Assembly: GCA_902772915.1 (NCBI GenBank)
Contig: CACYCE010000020.1
Coordinates: forward strand, 16,848-80,847
Reading direction: 5' to 3'
Origin: an uncultured Erysipelotrichaceae bacterium
GTDB taxonomy: Bacteria > Bacillota_I > Bacilli_A > RFN20 > CAG-288
DNA: 64,000 nucleotides
Each line of letters starts with the position of its first letter. Position 1 is the first letter of the stretch. Below, piece after piece: positions 9,699 to 19,494 of this stretch. Both the position numbers and the translations under genes were made by a program. The notes under the pieces are model-generated. The model had not been told where the DNA came from and searched no databases. It was given only the letters and a program-made list of their open reading frames with translations.

Positions 9699-10518
9699 GT
9701 CAACAGGTGGTCCTCCGTTTATAAGAGGTCTAAAAAGCCTCCCAGACTGGCTAAAAACGGCTATTTATTACTTTCTAGGTGTAGCCTTAGTAGTAATAAT
9801 CTGGGAAATAATTCATTTTGCAGCTTCAAACTTCGTATTTCCAGAATTTTTCTTGACGTTAGGGAAGGCGTTTACCTTTATTGGAGATAGTCAAGTAATG
9901 ACGGGATTAGGATATTCTATTCTTAGAATTGTAATATCTATATCTATAGCTTTAGTAACAGGTTACATATTTGGCCTCTTAGCGAGCTATTACAGCCCTC
10001 TAGAGCAGATATTTAAGCCTCTAGTTTACATTCTTACATCAATACCTACAGCTTCTGTAATCCTCTTCTTAATTATTTATACTACTAAAACTTGTTACAT
10101 CATCGTCTTCCTAATTACCTTTCCAATTGTCTATAAAGCAGTTTTAAAAGGTGGTAAAGAAGTATTAAACCAATATTCTTACCAATTAATATTAGAGGGA
10201 AGACATTCAACTAAAAATTTCTTCAAAGTTATGGTACCTCTAACTTTACCTAATCTATTCATGGGTTTAGCTCAAATTAGTGGTTTAGCCCTTAAATCAG
10301 AAGTGATGGGAGAAGTATTTATGACTTCGAATCACTTTATTGGAATTGGTAAATTAATTAGAGATGCTTACTATAATGTAGAAATGGAAAGATTATTTGC
10401 CTTAACATTACTAGCTCTGATGACTATGGGTATAGTTGACTTAATCTTATATCTAATTCAAAGAAAGATTGAGCAAGTCTACAAAGTAAAAAGAGAAAAA
10501 TTATTCAGATTGTATTAA
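9691..10518 (+). CDS. ABC transporter permease, NitT/TauT (SsuC/ThiX-like) family
   Basis: Six TM segments and an EAA-like loop ILEGRHSTKNFFKVMVPLTLPNLFMGLAQISGLAL. The track's 9688 start is a TTG; ATG at 9691. No ATPase gene is adjacent. Confidence 0.7.
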   Translation: MNKSTGGPPFIRGLKSLPDWLKTAIYYFLGVALVVIIWEIIHFAASNFVFPEFFLTLGKAFTFIGDSQVMTGLGYSILRIVISISIALVTGYIFGLLASYYSPLEQIFKPLVYILTSIPTASVILFLIIYTTKTCYIIVFLITFPIVYKAVLKGGKEVLNQYSYQLILEGRHSTKNFFKVMVPLTLPNLFMGLAQISGLALKSEVMGEVFMTSNHFIGIGKLIRDAYYNVEMERLFALTLLALMTMGIVDLILYLIQRKIEQVYKVKREKLFRLY

Positions 10519-10521
10519 TTA

Positions 10522-10553
10522 ATCCTGAGATAGACATCTGCTCAGGATTTTTT
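10522..10553 (+). terminator. rho-independent terminator
   Basis: atcctgag-(11 nt loop)-ctcaggat, a perfect 8-bp stem, followed by TTTTT. Confidence 0.8.
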
Positions 10554-11096
10554 GTTTATCTAAATTTATAAAAATTATAAAAGGGGAAGAGAGGATAAAC
10601 ACTGATTCTTAATAGGCTAATTAGTAGTAATCTAGTAGTTTATTATATATAATTTTAGTTTTTGCAAAATGTGGATAACTCTTATTGTTAACTATCTAAG
10701 AGGTATGTTTTGGGGATAATTCAATAATTACAATTTTCTAAAAAGCCCTATAAATAAATCTTTTTTATACTTTAGTTTACATAATAGACATTATACGAAG
10801 TTGACTATATAGAGAAGAAAAGAGGGCTTTTATACTAATTTTTACTTCTCTCAATATTATTGTCCGCTTAATTCATTTTATTTATCTTATACAAGGCTTG
10901 AAGAGACATATTTATACTAGTGACTCTTTATAACCTTCTTATTTTATAAATAAGATGATAATTAGACTTTTCAGACTCTTCTAGAACTATCCTGATGTAT
11001 AACTATTCATAAATAATAAGCATTCATCTATTTATAGAAGAATAATACTTAGACCTCAAACTTATTTTTAGATTTTTTAAGGGAAGTCTCTTATAT

Positions 11097-11130
11097 AAAA
11101 AAATGAACCTAGATTAACTAGGCTCATTAA
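11097..11130 (-). terminator. rho-independent terminator of mtnN
   Basis: On the minus strand gagcctag-uuaau-cuagguuc (8 bp with one G-U), followed by a U-run. Confidence 0.6.
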
Positions 11131-11147
11131 TATTTATCGATTATTAA

Positions 11148-11867
11148 TTATTCAGCAAATTCTTTACAGACAATATGTAAGAAGACTGAAGCGGCTCTTC
11201 TAGCGGATAGATGTAAATATTCGTTGTATTCTTCCCCGTTGTTTGAACCAAAGACGGTATCAGAAATACCTCTGACAATTGTAAAAGGTACTCCTAAGCG
11301 TCTACAAGCGTGACCTACAGCAGAATCTTCCATATCGACAGCTAAAGGATCATCAAACTTCTCTAATAACTCTTTAGACATGTTTTTACTTGTAGCGAAG
11401 GAATCTCCAGCAATTATAGTACCAACGTAGATACTGACAGTAGTATTTAACTTAGGTATGAGTTTTAAATCGGCTTCATCAGGTATGAAATAGAGTTCTT
11501 CCCCAGCCATTTGACCAAAAGCGTAAGGAGAATCACCAACTTCAGGAATGATATCGACATCGTAATAAGCAACTTTATTAGCAACGACGACACTAAGAGG
11601 TTGAATTCCCTCTTTTAAAGAACCTGCAACACCGACAACATAGACTTTTTTAATCTTCACTAAGGAGGAAATATAGCCTAAATCAAAGCCGATGTTAACT
11701 TTGCCAATTTTAGAGATAAATACGAAGAATTCTTCCCCATCAAAAATAAAAGAATAACCTTTGATGTCTCCGATATTATCTTCTTTTTTTTCTTCAATTT
11801 TGTTCAATAGTTCATCTAATTCCTCTTGCATAGGAGTGATGACAATATTCAATTTTCTTTTTTCCAT
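11148..11867 (-). CDS. mtnN: 5'-methylthioadenosine/S-adenosylhomocysteine nucleosidase
   Basis: AVDMEDSAVGHACRRLGVPFTIVRGISD is the Pfs/MtnN catalytic region. 239 aa. Confidence 0.85.
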   Translation of the reverse strand: MEKRKLNIVITPMQEELDELLNKIEEKKEDNIGDIKGYSFIFDGEEFFVFISKIGKVNIGFDLGYISSLVKIKKVYVVGVAGSLKEGIQPLSVVVANKVAYYDVDIIPEVGDSPYAFGQMAGEELYFIPDEADLKLIPKLNTTVSIYVGTIIAGDSFATSKNMSKELLEKFDDPLAVDMEDSAVGHACRRLGVPFTIVRGISDTVFGSNNGEEYNEYLHLSARRAASVFLHIVCKEFAE

Positions 11868-11870
11868 AGT

Positions 11871-12242
11871 TTATTTCTCCATTAATAGGACTTTTCCGCT
11901 GCTGTAGTCGATTTGAGGACAGGAAGCGTAAATATCATCAAATTTGATTCTTTCCCTCTCTTCATTAGAGAAAACGTGTACAACTATATCGTAAGCATCG
12001 ATAACAATCCAAGGTGAAGGTGCTCTTCCCTCCACTCTTTTAATTTGAGCACCGCTTTTTTCAATCATTTCTTCAACGCTTGAAGCAAAGGCAGATACTC
12101 TAGAAGCTGAATTGCAGCTTACGGCGATATAGAATCTAGCTAGAGGTGTCTTATTAGACACATCGTAGACTATTACGTTATTTCCTTTGTGAAAATCTAA
12201 TGTTCTACCAATATTTTTTACAACACGTAAGGCTTGATACAT
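11871..12242 (-). CDS. rsfS: ribosomal silencing factor RsfS (Iojap)
   Basis: 123 aa; DAYDIVVHVFSNEERERIKFDDIY is the Iojap motif. It sits in a conserved position after yqeK. Confidence 0.85.
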   Translation of the reverse strand: MYQALRVVKNIGRTLDFHKGNNVIVYDVSNKTPLARFYIAVSCNSASRVSAFASSVEEMIEKSGAQIKRVEGRAPSPWIVIDAYDIVVHVFSNEERERIKFDDIYASCPQIDYSSGKVLLMEK

Positions 12243-12264
12243 ATAACTCCTTTCATCTATTTAT

Positions 12265-13182
12265 CTATAAGTAGCAATTAAAGCAATCTAGGGTCATTTT
12301 ATTGTTGATGGAGCCTTTATCAGAATGCTCTTCTAAAAACTCTTTATTGGCCTTTAAAACTGCCTTAAATCCACTTTTGTAGTCTGTCATCATCATTTTG
12401 ATGAATTCTTCTGAATGCCACTTCCTCCCCGGCTCTATTTTGTCAGCGGCATATAAGATTTGAGCGTAAGGAGACATATTTTTATCCCCTGTAGTGTGAC
12501 ATTTTATCGCATCTAAGACTATTTTATCTTCAATGTGAAATTTTCTATCTAAGACCTCTAAAGCGCTAAATTGATGATACGCCCAAAGTGGAAATTTCTC
12601 ATTGTTATAAAATATATCTCTATATTTCTCTTCTACCCTCAATTTTTGGTTCTTAGAAGATGCTGATCTAGTAATATCGTGATAATAACCTGCCATCATA
12701 CCTAAGCAAGGGTCGAGATTGTTATTTAAGCAGATATTATAGGATAAAGTTGCAACTCTAATAACGTGCTGATAACGGGCGTAAGAATAAAATTTTCTAG
12801 CTTTAGCAGCAAAATATAAATTTTCATTCACTAGAGTTAAGAACACTTGAATTGGAAAGTGGAAATCTCTTCCTTCTAAATAAGGTGAATAATCTCTTTT
12901 AATCTCTCTAATTTCTATTTCTTCATATTTACCTTGATAATACGCTTTCGCTTCTTCTATAGAAGAAACCAACTGATTATATTCAAGATTAATATAAGGA
13001 AAAAGTCCTTTCATAAGGATTAATCTTCTTGTCTCTAAAGGAATTAAATTATCTTTATTGTCCCCTTTTAAGACGATATAGACCACTTTCCTATCCCCTT
13101 TATTTAATTCTTCTAAGCCCAATTGAATATCAAGATTAGTTATAAGGGGGAAAGTTGAAACAATTAAAGTAATTTTATTCAT
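12265..13182 (-). CDS. yqeK: HD-domain protein YqeK fused to a truncated, motif-less NadD-like N-terminal segment
   Basis: The C-terminal ~180 aa (HVIRVATLSY...AGYYHDITRS...HTTGDKNMSPYAQILYAADKIEP) is an HD hydrolase. The N-terminal ~120 aa aligns to the NadD start, but GGTFDPxHxGH is replaced by VSTFPLITNLD. Confidence 0.75.
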   Translation of the reverse strand: MNKITLIVSTFPLITNLDIQLGLEELNKGDRKVVYIVLKGDNKDNLIPLETRRLILMKGLFPYINLEYNQLVSSIEEAKAYYQGKYEEIEIREIKRDYSPYLEGRDFHFPIQVFLTLVNENLYFAAKARKFYSYARYQHVIRVATLSYNICLNNNLDPCLGMMAGYYHDITRSASSKNQKLRVEEKYRDIFYNNEKFPLWAYHQFSALEVLDRKFHIEDKIVLDAIKCHTTGDKNMSPYAQILYAADKIEPGRKWHSEEFIKMMMTDYKSGFKAVLKANKEFLEEHSDKGSINNKMTLDCFNCYL

Positions 13183-14314
13183 CTATAGCAATAACTCTAA
13201 CGCCGACTTTATTAGGAACGTAGACGATGATTTTTTGACCTGCAGCCGCAAATCTAATTTTGACTAGGCCGTAGATAGTTAATTCCATCTTCCCTTCTTT
13301 AGGGCAAACTAGTTCTTTTCTTTCTAAATTATCTAAAGAAGCAATATCAGTAGAAGTAGGATAAGCGCTTCTAGATTGAATTAAAGAATTGAATGTTCTT
13401 TCAATCTGATTGGATTTAATTCTAGTTAATGTGACATCATCACCCATTTCGAATTCGAAGTTAGATTTACCGCCTTCTTTTACTTCTACTACGGATAAAC
13501 CTCCTAATAAGAAAGCTTGACCGGAAGCAGAAGGAAGAATTCTAGGATTTTTCTTTTCTTTAATGACTATAGCGTTCCAATCCATTCTATTGACGTAAGA
13601 TAACATGGATTTGGAATTGAAAATACCCGGAGTGTCATATAAAGAAGATTCATCATCAAGAGGAATTTCCATAACTTGTAAAGAAGTGCCTTCAACTTGT
13701 GAAGTGGAGATAACTCTTGAAGTATTGTTGACATATTTTCTTAAAATCGCATTGATTAAAGAAGATTTACCAACTGAATAGGCACCTAAAACATAGACAT
13801 CTTTACCTTGACGCATAGAATTAATTAAATCTAATAATTCTCTGATGTGGTAGTCTTTCATGGGTGAGGTGACTATAGCCTTGCTAGGGAAAATCTTTTC
13901 AGCTTTCAATCTCTTTAAAGCGGAAGAAGCGATTTGTTTATCATCTAATTCCATACCTACGACATCTTTTTTATTTAAGACGACGATTAAATTGGAAGGT
14001 AGATATTCACCTATATTTTGAATGCAGGAAGAATCTAAATCAGGAATGGAGCAGACGAATACAGCTAAGGAACCGCTTTCCTTGATTTTCTCTAAAATCT
14101 TGATGTAGTCTTCTCCAAATTCAGGAGCGCGGCTATTTTCAGAGTGACGGAGAGAATAGCATCTATCACATAGGCCGTTATCGAGATGTTTAACTCTTCT
14201 AGCGTGAGAAATATAACCTACAGCGTTAGGGTTTAATTCTTGAAGAATTTCACCACAAGATGAGCATCTTCCAATTCGAATTTGGCTTGTTAAGGTAGTA
14301 GCTTTAGTAGACAT
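13175..14314 (-). CDS. yqeH: ribosome-biogenesis GTPase YqeH (circularly permuted GTPase with N-terminal zinc finger)
   Basis: CSSCGEILQ...CDRCY zinc ribbon; G-motifs in permuted order (LNKKD...GAYSVGKSSLIN). A strong AGGAGGA SD precedes the ATG. Confidence 0.85.
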   Translation of the reverse strand: MSTKATTLTSQIRIGRCSSCGEILQELNPNAVGYISHARRVKHLDNGLCDRCYSLRHSENSRAPEFGEDYIKILEKIKESGSLAVFVCSIPDLDSSCIQNIGEYLPSNLIVVLNKKDVVGMELDDKQIASSALKRLKAEKIFPSKAIVTSPMKDYHIRELLDLINSMRQGKDVYVLGAYSVGKSSLINAILRKYVNNTSRVISTSQVEGTSLQVMEIPLDDESSLYDTPGIFNSKSMLSYVNRMDWNAIVIKEKKNPRILPSASGQAFLLGGLSVVEVKEGGKSNFEFEMGDDVTLTRIKSNQIERTFNSLIQSRSAYPTSTDIASLDNLERKELVCPKEGKMELTIYGLVKIRFAAAGQKIIVYVPNKVGVRVIAIDE

Positions 14315-14315
14315 A

Positions 14316-14846
14316 TTAATCCTCCTGTTCTTCTAAGCTGATGCCTAGGCGTCCTTTTTTTAAATAGTAAGAACGTAGGCGATAGTCGATCATTCTAATA
14401 AAACGTGTAGAGATATGGTCTTTTTTGGAGATGGGCTCGGTTAGTAACGACCTCATCTTGGCTTTTCTAGCTAAGATCATATCATTGATTAACTGATCTC
14501 CAATATAGAGGCATTTATTGACATCTATAGAGTGAGATTTCAGATATCTGATTACTTTTTTAGGACTCGGTTTATTAGTCCTATATATATAGTTTACATC
14601 TAGGCGAGAACAAAATGCTGAAACTCTTTTATAAACATTGTTGGAAACTATGATTACTTCTATTCCCTCTTTCCTCAATTCTTCTAGATATAAGAAGACT
14701 TTTTTAGGAGGAATCATCACATCGTATTGAACTAGAGTGTTATCTAAATCTATAAATAGATATTTGAATCCTAGCTTTGAAAAAAGACTAGGTTTCAAAG
14801 AATAAATTGAACTAGCTCTGTAAGTGCAAATTAAATCTCTCACCAT
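14316..14846 (-). CDS. yqeG: HAD-superfamily phosphatase, YqeG family
   Basis: FIDLDNTLV is the HAD motif I. 176 aa. It heads the yqeG-yqeH-nadD/yqeK-rsfS block as in Bacillus. Confidence 0.75.
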   Translation of the reverse strand: MVRDLICTYRASSIYSLKPSLFSKLGFKYLFIDLDNTLVQYDVMIPPKKVFLYLEELRKEGIEVIIVSNNVYKRVSAFCSRLDVNYIYRTNKPSPKKVIRYLKSHSIDVNKCLYIGDQLINDMILARKAKMRSLLTEPISKKDHISTRFIRMIDYRLRSYYLKKGRLGISLEEQED

Positions 14847-14867
14847 ATAATTTAATTATATATGTTT

Positions 14868-17459
14868 TTATTCTCCTTCTTCATCAAATAAATCAAATAA
14901 TGACATTTGCTTCTCTCCTTCTTGGTCGTTAACTTCGACAGTTTCAATAATAGGAGGAACTTCTTCTTTAGTGGAAGAATTGATTATTTCACTTTCAACA
15001 TGGACGCCTTTAATTAGTTCTCCTTTTTCTAAATCGAAGCCGGGTTTTAAGCCTGCTCCAGGTAAAGAGGTTTCTAAAGTGCGCAAATCAATGATGATAT
15101 TTCTCTTTTCAGTTACGCAGATAGAATAGGTCGATTCTTTCAATCTAGAAGAGAACTTAATTAATTCGACGATATTTAAAGGTGTGCTCTTGAAAACTTT
15201 AACTAAGGCTTGTTTAGAAGAAAGACGAGGAGTGGTATCAATATTCATAGACATCACTGCTCTAACTCCACCTTTATCAGAGACGATTAACAATTTGGCT
15301 CTCTCGGAAGAATCTAAAGCAATTAAGGAACTTATTTCTGGATTGTCTTTACCTAAATTAATAGATTTGACACCCGCGGCAGCTAAACCTACCACAGGAA
15401 CTTCATTTTCATTGTAACGAGAAACATAACCGTTAACTTGCATGACGATTAAATCAGAATTACCAGTAGTGATAGTAATTCCTACCACTTCATCGCCTTT
15501 AGATAAAGCCATGTAACGAAGTTGACGAGGAGTCAATCTAGTCTGTTCGAAATCTTTCAATAAACTTCTCTTAATCTTCCCTTTTTTAGAAGCGGAAGCA
15601 AAATAAATCTTCTTGGAGAAATCGTTGATGGCATAGGCTGCAACAACTTTATCTTCAGAGGCTAGATTCTTAATTAATACATTGATGTGCTTCCCTTCTT
15701 CCTTCCACTTTAAATCAGGAATCATATAAACAGGAATGTAGACGTAAGTACCTGAGGAGAAGAAAACGATGATACCATCGTGAGTGGAACACTTTAAAGA
15801 TAATTTGATAATATCTCCAGTCTTAAGTTTAGGTAAGCTCTTTTCAATATCATCAGAAACTGATTGATCGTGAGATTTTAAAGAGCTTCTTTTTATATAA
15901 CCATCAGCAGTTACTACAACATAAACATCCTCTTTAGCGAACAATTCAGTAGCGTCGACTTTTTGAGCTTGCATCTTGGTCTCTAAAATTTGAGTCTTTC
16001 TAGGGAAAGGATAATTCTTCTTGATTTCTTTTAAAGAAGAGACGATATGCTTATTCAAGTATTCTCTATCGGTCAATAATCTATTCAATTCGACGATGTG
16101 TTTTTCTAATTCGTCTTTGGTTTGAATATATTCTTTGTAATCTAAAGAAGAGATTCTATATAAGTTGAGCATGACGATCGCTTCAGCTTGAATTTCAGAA
16201 AAACCAAACCTCTCTTTGATATTGTTTTTGGCATCTTGCTTGCCTGAAGAAGCCTTGATGACTTTAATTAATTCATCGACGATGTCGACTGCTTTAATTA
16301 AGCCGTTAGTAACTTCTAATTTTTCTTTATCTCTAGCTAATTGGAAATTAGATTTTCTAGTTAAGACATCAACTTGGTGATCGATATAAGCTCTGATAAT
16401 GTCTAATAAATTCATCGTACGAGGATGACCTTTATCTAGAGCTAACATATTGGCTGAGAAAGTGGATTTTAAAACACCTTTGCTTCTCAAGAATTCCAAG
16501 ATAGGTTCAGGAGATTGCCCTTGTTTGATATCTATGACAATACGGACATCGTCAGAAGATTCATCTCTAACTTCAGTAATATTATCAACATGAGCGCTAT
16601 CTTTGAATTTATCTAAAGCCGCGACAAATTGCGCTTTAATCGTACCATAGGGTATTTCAGTAATAATAATTTGATTGTTTTTAGAATCAATTTCAGTTTT
16701 GCAGTGAACGAAAAATGAAGCTTGACCAGTCTCATATAATTTAGTCAATTCTTCAGCTTGGTCGATGATACCTCCAGTAGGAAAATCAGGACCTAAGATA
16801 AATTTTCTCAAATCAGCGACTGTAGTAGTCTTATGTTCAATTGCGTAAATTGTAGCGTCAATTACTTCCCCTAAATTGTGAGTAGGAATATTAGTAACTG
16901 CTCCAACAGCGATACCTTGAGCCCCGTTAACTAACAAATTAGGGAATCTAGCAGGTAAAACTGTTGGTTCGTATTCCTCATCGGAGAAATTCAATTGCAT
17001 GTTGACGGTATTCTTATCTAAATCCTCCACCAAGAGTTCACTGATTTTAGCTAATTTAGCTTCAGTGTATCTTGCGGCCGCAGCAGGATCGTCATCTATA
17101 GAACCATTGTTACCTTGGACGACTACTAAAGGAACTTCCATCTTCCAATCTTGGGAAAGACGAATTAAGGCATCGTAAATTGAAGCATCACCGTGGGGGT
17201 GGAAATGACCCATGACATAACCTACAGTAGTCGCGGACTTCCTAGTAGGTTTATCGAAGGTATTCCCTTCTTTGTACATGCCAAAGATAATACGTCTTTG
17301 AACAGGTTTCATACCATCTCTGACATCAGGAATAGCACGATCAGTTAAGACAGCTTTAGCGTATCTAGCAAAGTCTAAAGACATGACCTCAGGTAACTTA
17401 TGAGGTTCAATTACTTCATTTTCGAGGATATTACTTACTTTTTTCTCTTTTTTACTCAT
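14868..17459 (-). CDS. parC: DNA topoisomerase IV subunit A (type IIA topoisomerase A subunit)
   Basis: 863 aa with the active-site region AARYTE and a beta-pinwheel CTD but no GyrA-box (QRRGGKG) found. It follows parE, and plsY and yneF are adjacent, as in the Bacillus parEC locus. Confidence 0.8.
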   Translation of the reverse strand: MSKKEKKVSNILENEVIEPHKLPEVMSLDFARYAKAVLTDRAIPDVRDGMKPVQRRIIFGMYKEGNTFDKPTRKSATTVGYVMGHFHPHGDASIYDALIRLSQDWKMEVPLVVVQGNNGSIDDDPAAAARYTEAKLAKISELLVEDLDKNTVNMQLNFSDEEYEPTVLPARFPNLLVNGAQGIAVGAVTNIPTHNLGEVIDATIYAIEHKTTTVADLRKFILGPDFPTGGIIDQAEELTKLYETGQASFFVHCKTEIDSKNNQIIITEIPYGTIKAQFVAALDKFKDSAHVDNITEVRDESSDDVRIVIDIKQGQSPEPILEFLRSKGVLKSTFSANMLALDKGHPRTMNLLDIIRAYIDHQVDVLTRKSNFQLARDKEKLEVTNGLIKAVDIVDELIKVIKASSGKQDAKNNIKERFGFSEIQAEAIVMLNLYRISSLDYKEYIQTKDELEKHIVELNRLLTDREYLNKHIVSSLKEIKKNYPFPRKTQILETKMQAQKVDATELFAKEDVYVVVTADGYIKRSSLKSHDQSVSDDIEKSLPKLKTGDIIKLSLKCSTHDGIIVFFSSGTYVYIPVYMIPDLKWKEEGKHINVLIKNLASEDKVVAAYAINDFSKKIYFASASKKGKIKRSLLKDFEQTRLTPRQLRYMALSKGDEVVGITITTGNSDLIVMQVNGYVSRYNENEVPVVGLAAAGVKSINLGKDNPEISSLIALDSSERAKLLIVSDKGGVRAVMSMNIDTTPRLSSKQALVKVFKSTPLNIVELIKFSSRLKESTYSICVTEKRNIIIDLRTLETSLPGAGLKPGFDLEKGELIKGVHVESEIINSSTKEEVPPIIETVEVNDQEGEKQMSLFDLFDEEGE

Positions 17460-19389
17460 GATCTTTTATCTCCTCAAAATGGTCTTTGTGGTAGCCAAAG
17501 TCAACATTAGCGTCAATCCATTCACGTCTTTTATCAGCGTGGCGTTTATCCATAAATAAATTAACTTTAGATTGGCATTCTTCGACATCGTCAATAGTAA
17601 CTTGAATCAATCTTCTAGATTTAGGGTTCATAGTGGTCTCCCCTAATTGGTCAGCGTTCATTTCACCTAAACCTTTGTATCTAGATAAAACGTAGCCTGT
17701 TTTCATTTTTTCTCTAGCTTTATCTAAATCTTCATCAGTCCAGCAATAAATCTCTTCCCCTTTTTTAGCTAAGCGGTATAAAGGAGGACAAGCGATATAT
17801 AAATGCCCTGCTTCAATCAAAGGACGCATGTGTTCAAAGAAGAAAGAAATCAATAGATTTTGAATATGACATCCATCATCATCAGCATCAGTCATGATGA
17901 TGATTTTAGAATAGTGCATATCCTTCAATTTAAACTCTTCATCAACACCTGCTCCAATAGTGAAAACTATGGTATTCAATTCTTTGTTATCGTAGATATC
18001 TCCTCTATCTTCACCGACGACGTTTTTAGGTTTACCTCTTAAAGGTAAGATAGCTTGGAATTCCCTAGAACGACACTTTTTAGCAGAACCACCAGCAGAA
18101 TCACCTTCGACGATGAACAATTCATTTTGGGAATATTTTTTAGATGAACAAGGAGCTAATTTACCAGATAGATTAGAAGCGGCTTTAAATTCAGCTTTAG
18201 ACATCTTTCTGATAGAATCTTTCGCTTCTTTAGCTTTTTCTCTAGCTTCTTGAGCTTTTAAACACTTTTCAACTATGGCGTTAGCCTCTACAGCGTGTTC
18301 TTCTAAATAATAAGAAAGCTTATTCTCTATGACATTATCAACTGCCTGATTAGCTTCTTTAGTACCTAATTGAGATTTAGTTTGTCCTTCAAATTGTAAA
18401 ATTCTTTCGGGAACCCAAACAGATAAAATACAAGCGAAGCCTTCCCTTATATCGCTGCCTTCTAAGGTTTTATTAGCTTTGATCAATTTGTGGTTTTGAG
18501 CGTATTTGTTAAAGCAAGAAGTTAAAGCTCTTTTTAAACCAGAAACGTGATGACCTCCTTCAGGAGTTCTAACGCCATTAGCGAAAGAATGGATATTTTC
18601 AGAATAGGAGTCGGAATAGAACTGTCCGACAAATTCGATTCTAATAGTATCGGAAGTACCTTCGATTGTTATAGGACTACAAATAGCAGTCTTACCGAAA
18701 GCGTGAGTTGTGAAATATTCAGAAATGCCGTTAACATACAAGAATTCCTGCTCTCTAGAAGTTCTTTCATCCTTCAAATAGAAAGTTACACCCTTAGCTA
18801 AACAGGCTCTATCATCTAAAGAATTGGCAATTTTTTGATAATCGAAGTTAGTATCTTCAAAAATAGTAGGATCAGGTAAGAAAGTTACCATTGTTCCTCT
18901 TTTAGAACGGGTTAATTCACTCACTTGTATAGGATAAGATTTCTTTCCACCATTTTCGTATCTGATGAAATTATCTTTACCATCTCTATAAGAATGAATT
19001 TCCATAAAGGTTGATAAAGCGTTGACGACTGCTCCACCAACACCATGAAGACCACCAGCAGTTTTATAGTTAGTATCGTCGAATTTTCCTCCGGCGTGTA
19101 AGGTTCTATAAACCATATCAAAACCGGACATTTTTTCTTTGTGATTGTAATCGCAAGGGACACCTCTTCCCTCGTCTATAACAGTTATTGAGTTATCCGC
19201 ATGGATTATTACGCTTATTTTCTTACCGAAACCAGCATTTGCTTCATCGACTGCGTTATCGACTATCTCCCATACTAAATGGTGTAAGCCGTTAATATCA
19301 GTCGAACCAATATACATGCCAGGGCGTTCTCTAACAGGCTCAAGGCCTTTTAACATTGTTAAATTATCAGCAGTGTAGTTATTAGCCAT
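17452..19389 (-). CDS. parE: DNA topoisomerase IV subunit B (type IIA topoisomerase ATPase subunit)
   Basis: 645 aa with GHKL ATPase N-terminal motifs (LVWEIVDNAVDEA) and a TOPRIM domain (EGDSAGGSAK). Paired with parC; no dnaA/dnaN context, so gyrB is less likely. Confidence 0.8.
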   Translation of the reverse strand: MANNYTADNLTMLKGLEPVRERPGMYIGSTDINGLHHLVWEIVDNAVDEANAGFGKKISVIIHADNSITVIDEGRGVPCDYNHKEKMSGFDMVYRTLHAGGKFDDTNYKTAGGLHGVGGAVVNALSTFMEIHSYRDGKDNFIRYENGGKKSYPIQVSELTRSKRGTMVTFLPDPTIFEDTNFDYQKIANSLDDRACLAKGVTFYLKDERTSREQEFLYVNGISEYFTTHAFGKTAICSPITIEGTSDTIRIEFVGQFYSDSYSENIHSFANGVRTPEGGHHVSGLKRALTSCFNKYAQNHKLIKANKTLEGSDIREGFACILSVWVPERILQFEGQTKSQLGTKEANQAVDNVIENKLSYYLEEHAVEANAIVEKCLKAQEAREKAKEAKDSIRKMSKAEFKAASNLSGKLAPCSSKKYSQNELFIVEGDSAGGSAKKCRSREFQAILPLRGKPKNVVGEDRGDIYDNKELNTIVFTIGAGVDEEFKLKDMHYSKIIIMTDADDDGCHIQNLLISFFFEHMRPLIEAGHLYIACPPLYRLAKKGEEIYCWTDEDLDKAREKMKTGYVLSRYKGLGEMNADQLGETTMNPKSRRLIQVTIDDVEECQSKVNLFMDKRHADKRREWIDANVDFGYHKDHFEEIKDHE

Positions 19390-19494
19390 ATTTATTTGTT
19401 CTTTCTTTCCAATTCCATAAAAAATTATAGCAATATTTTTTAAATATATCTATTATATAGAAGTAATATATTTTATTGCGCGATTGGAGTTACT

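Noticed and set aside
10557-11096. tRNA, tmRNA, RNase P or SRP RNA in the long spacer and other intergenic regions
   Set aside because: No GGTTCGA / T-loop-like blocks, no RNase P P4 (AGGAAAGTCC), no tmRNA or SRP conserved segments were found by eye. The region is too AT-rich and unstructured.
12265-13182. Interpreting the 305-aa ORF as a complete NadD-YqeK fusion
   Set aside because: The N-terminal part is only about 120 aa, against about 190 for NadD, and lacks the HxGH nucleotidyltransferase motif. It is better described as a remnant.
14868-19389. Calling the type IIA topoisomerase pair gyrB/gyrA
   Set aside because: No GyrA-box (QRRGGKG-like) is visible in the A-subunit CTD. There is no dnaA/dnaN/recF context. 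The adjacent plsY and yneF reproduce the Bacillus parE-parC neighbourhood. parE/parC is therefore preferred, though not proven.
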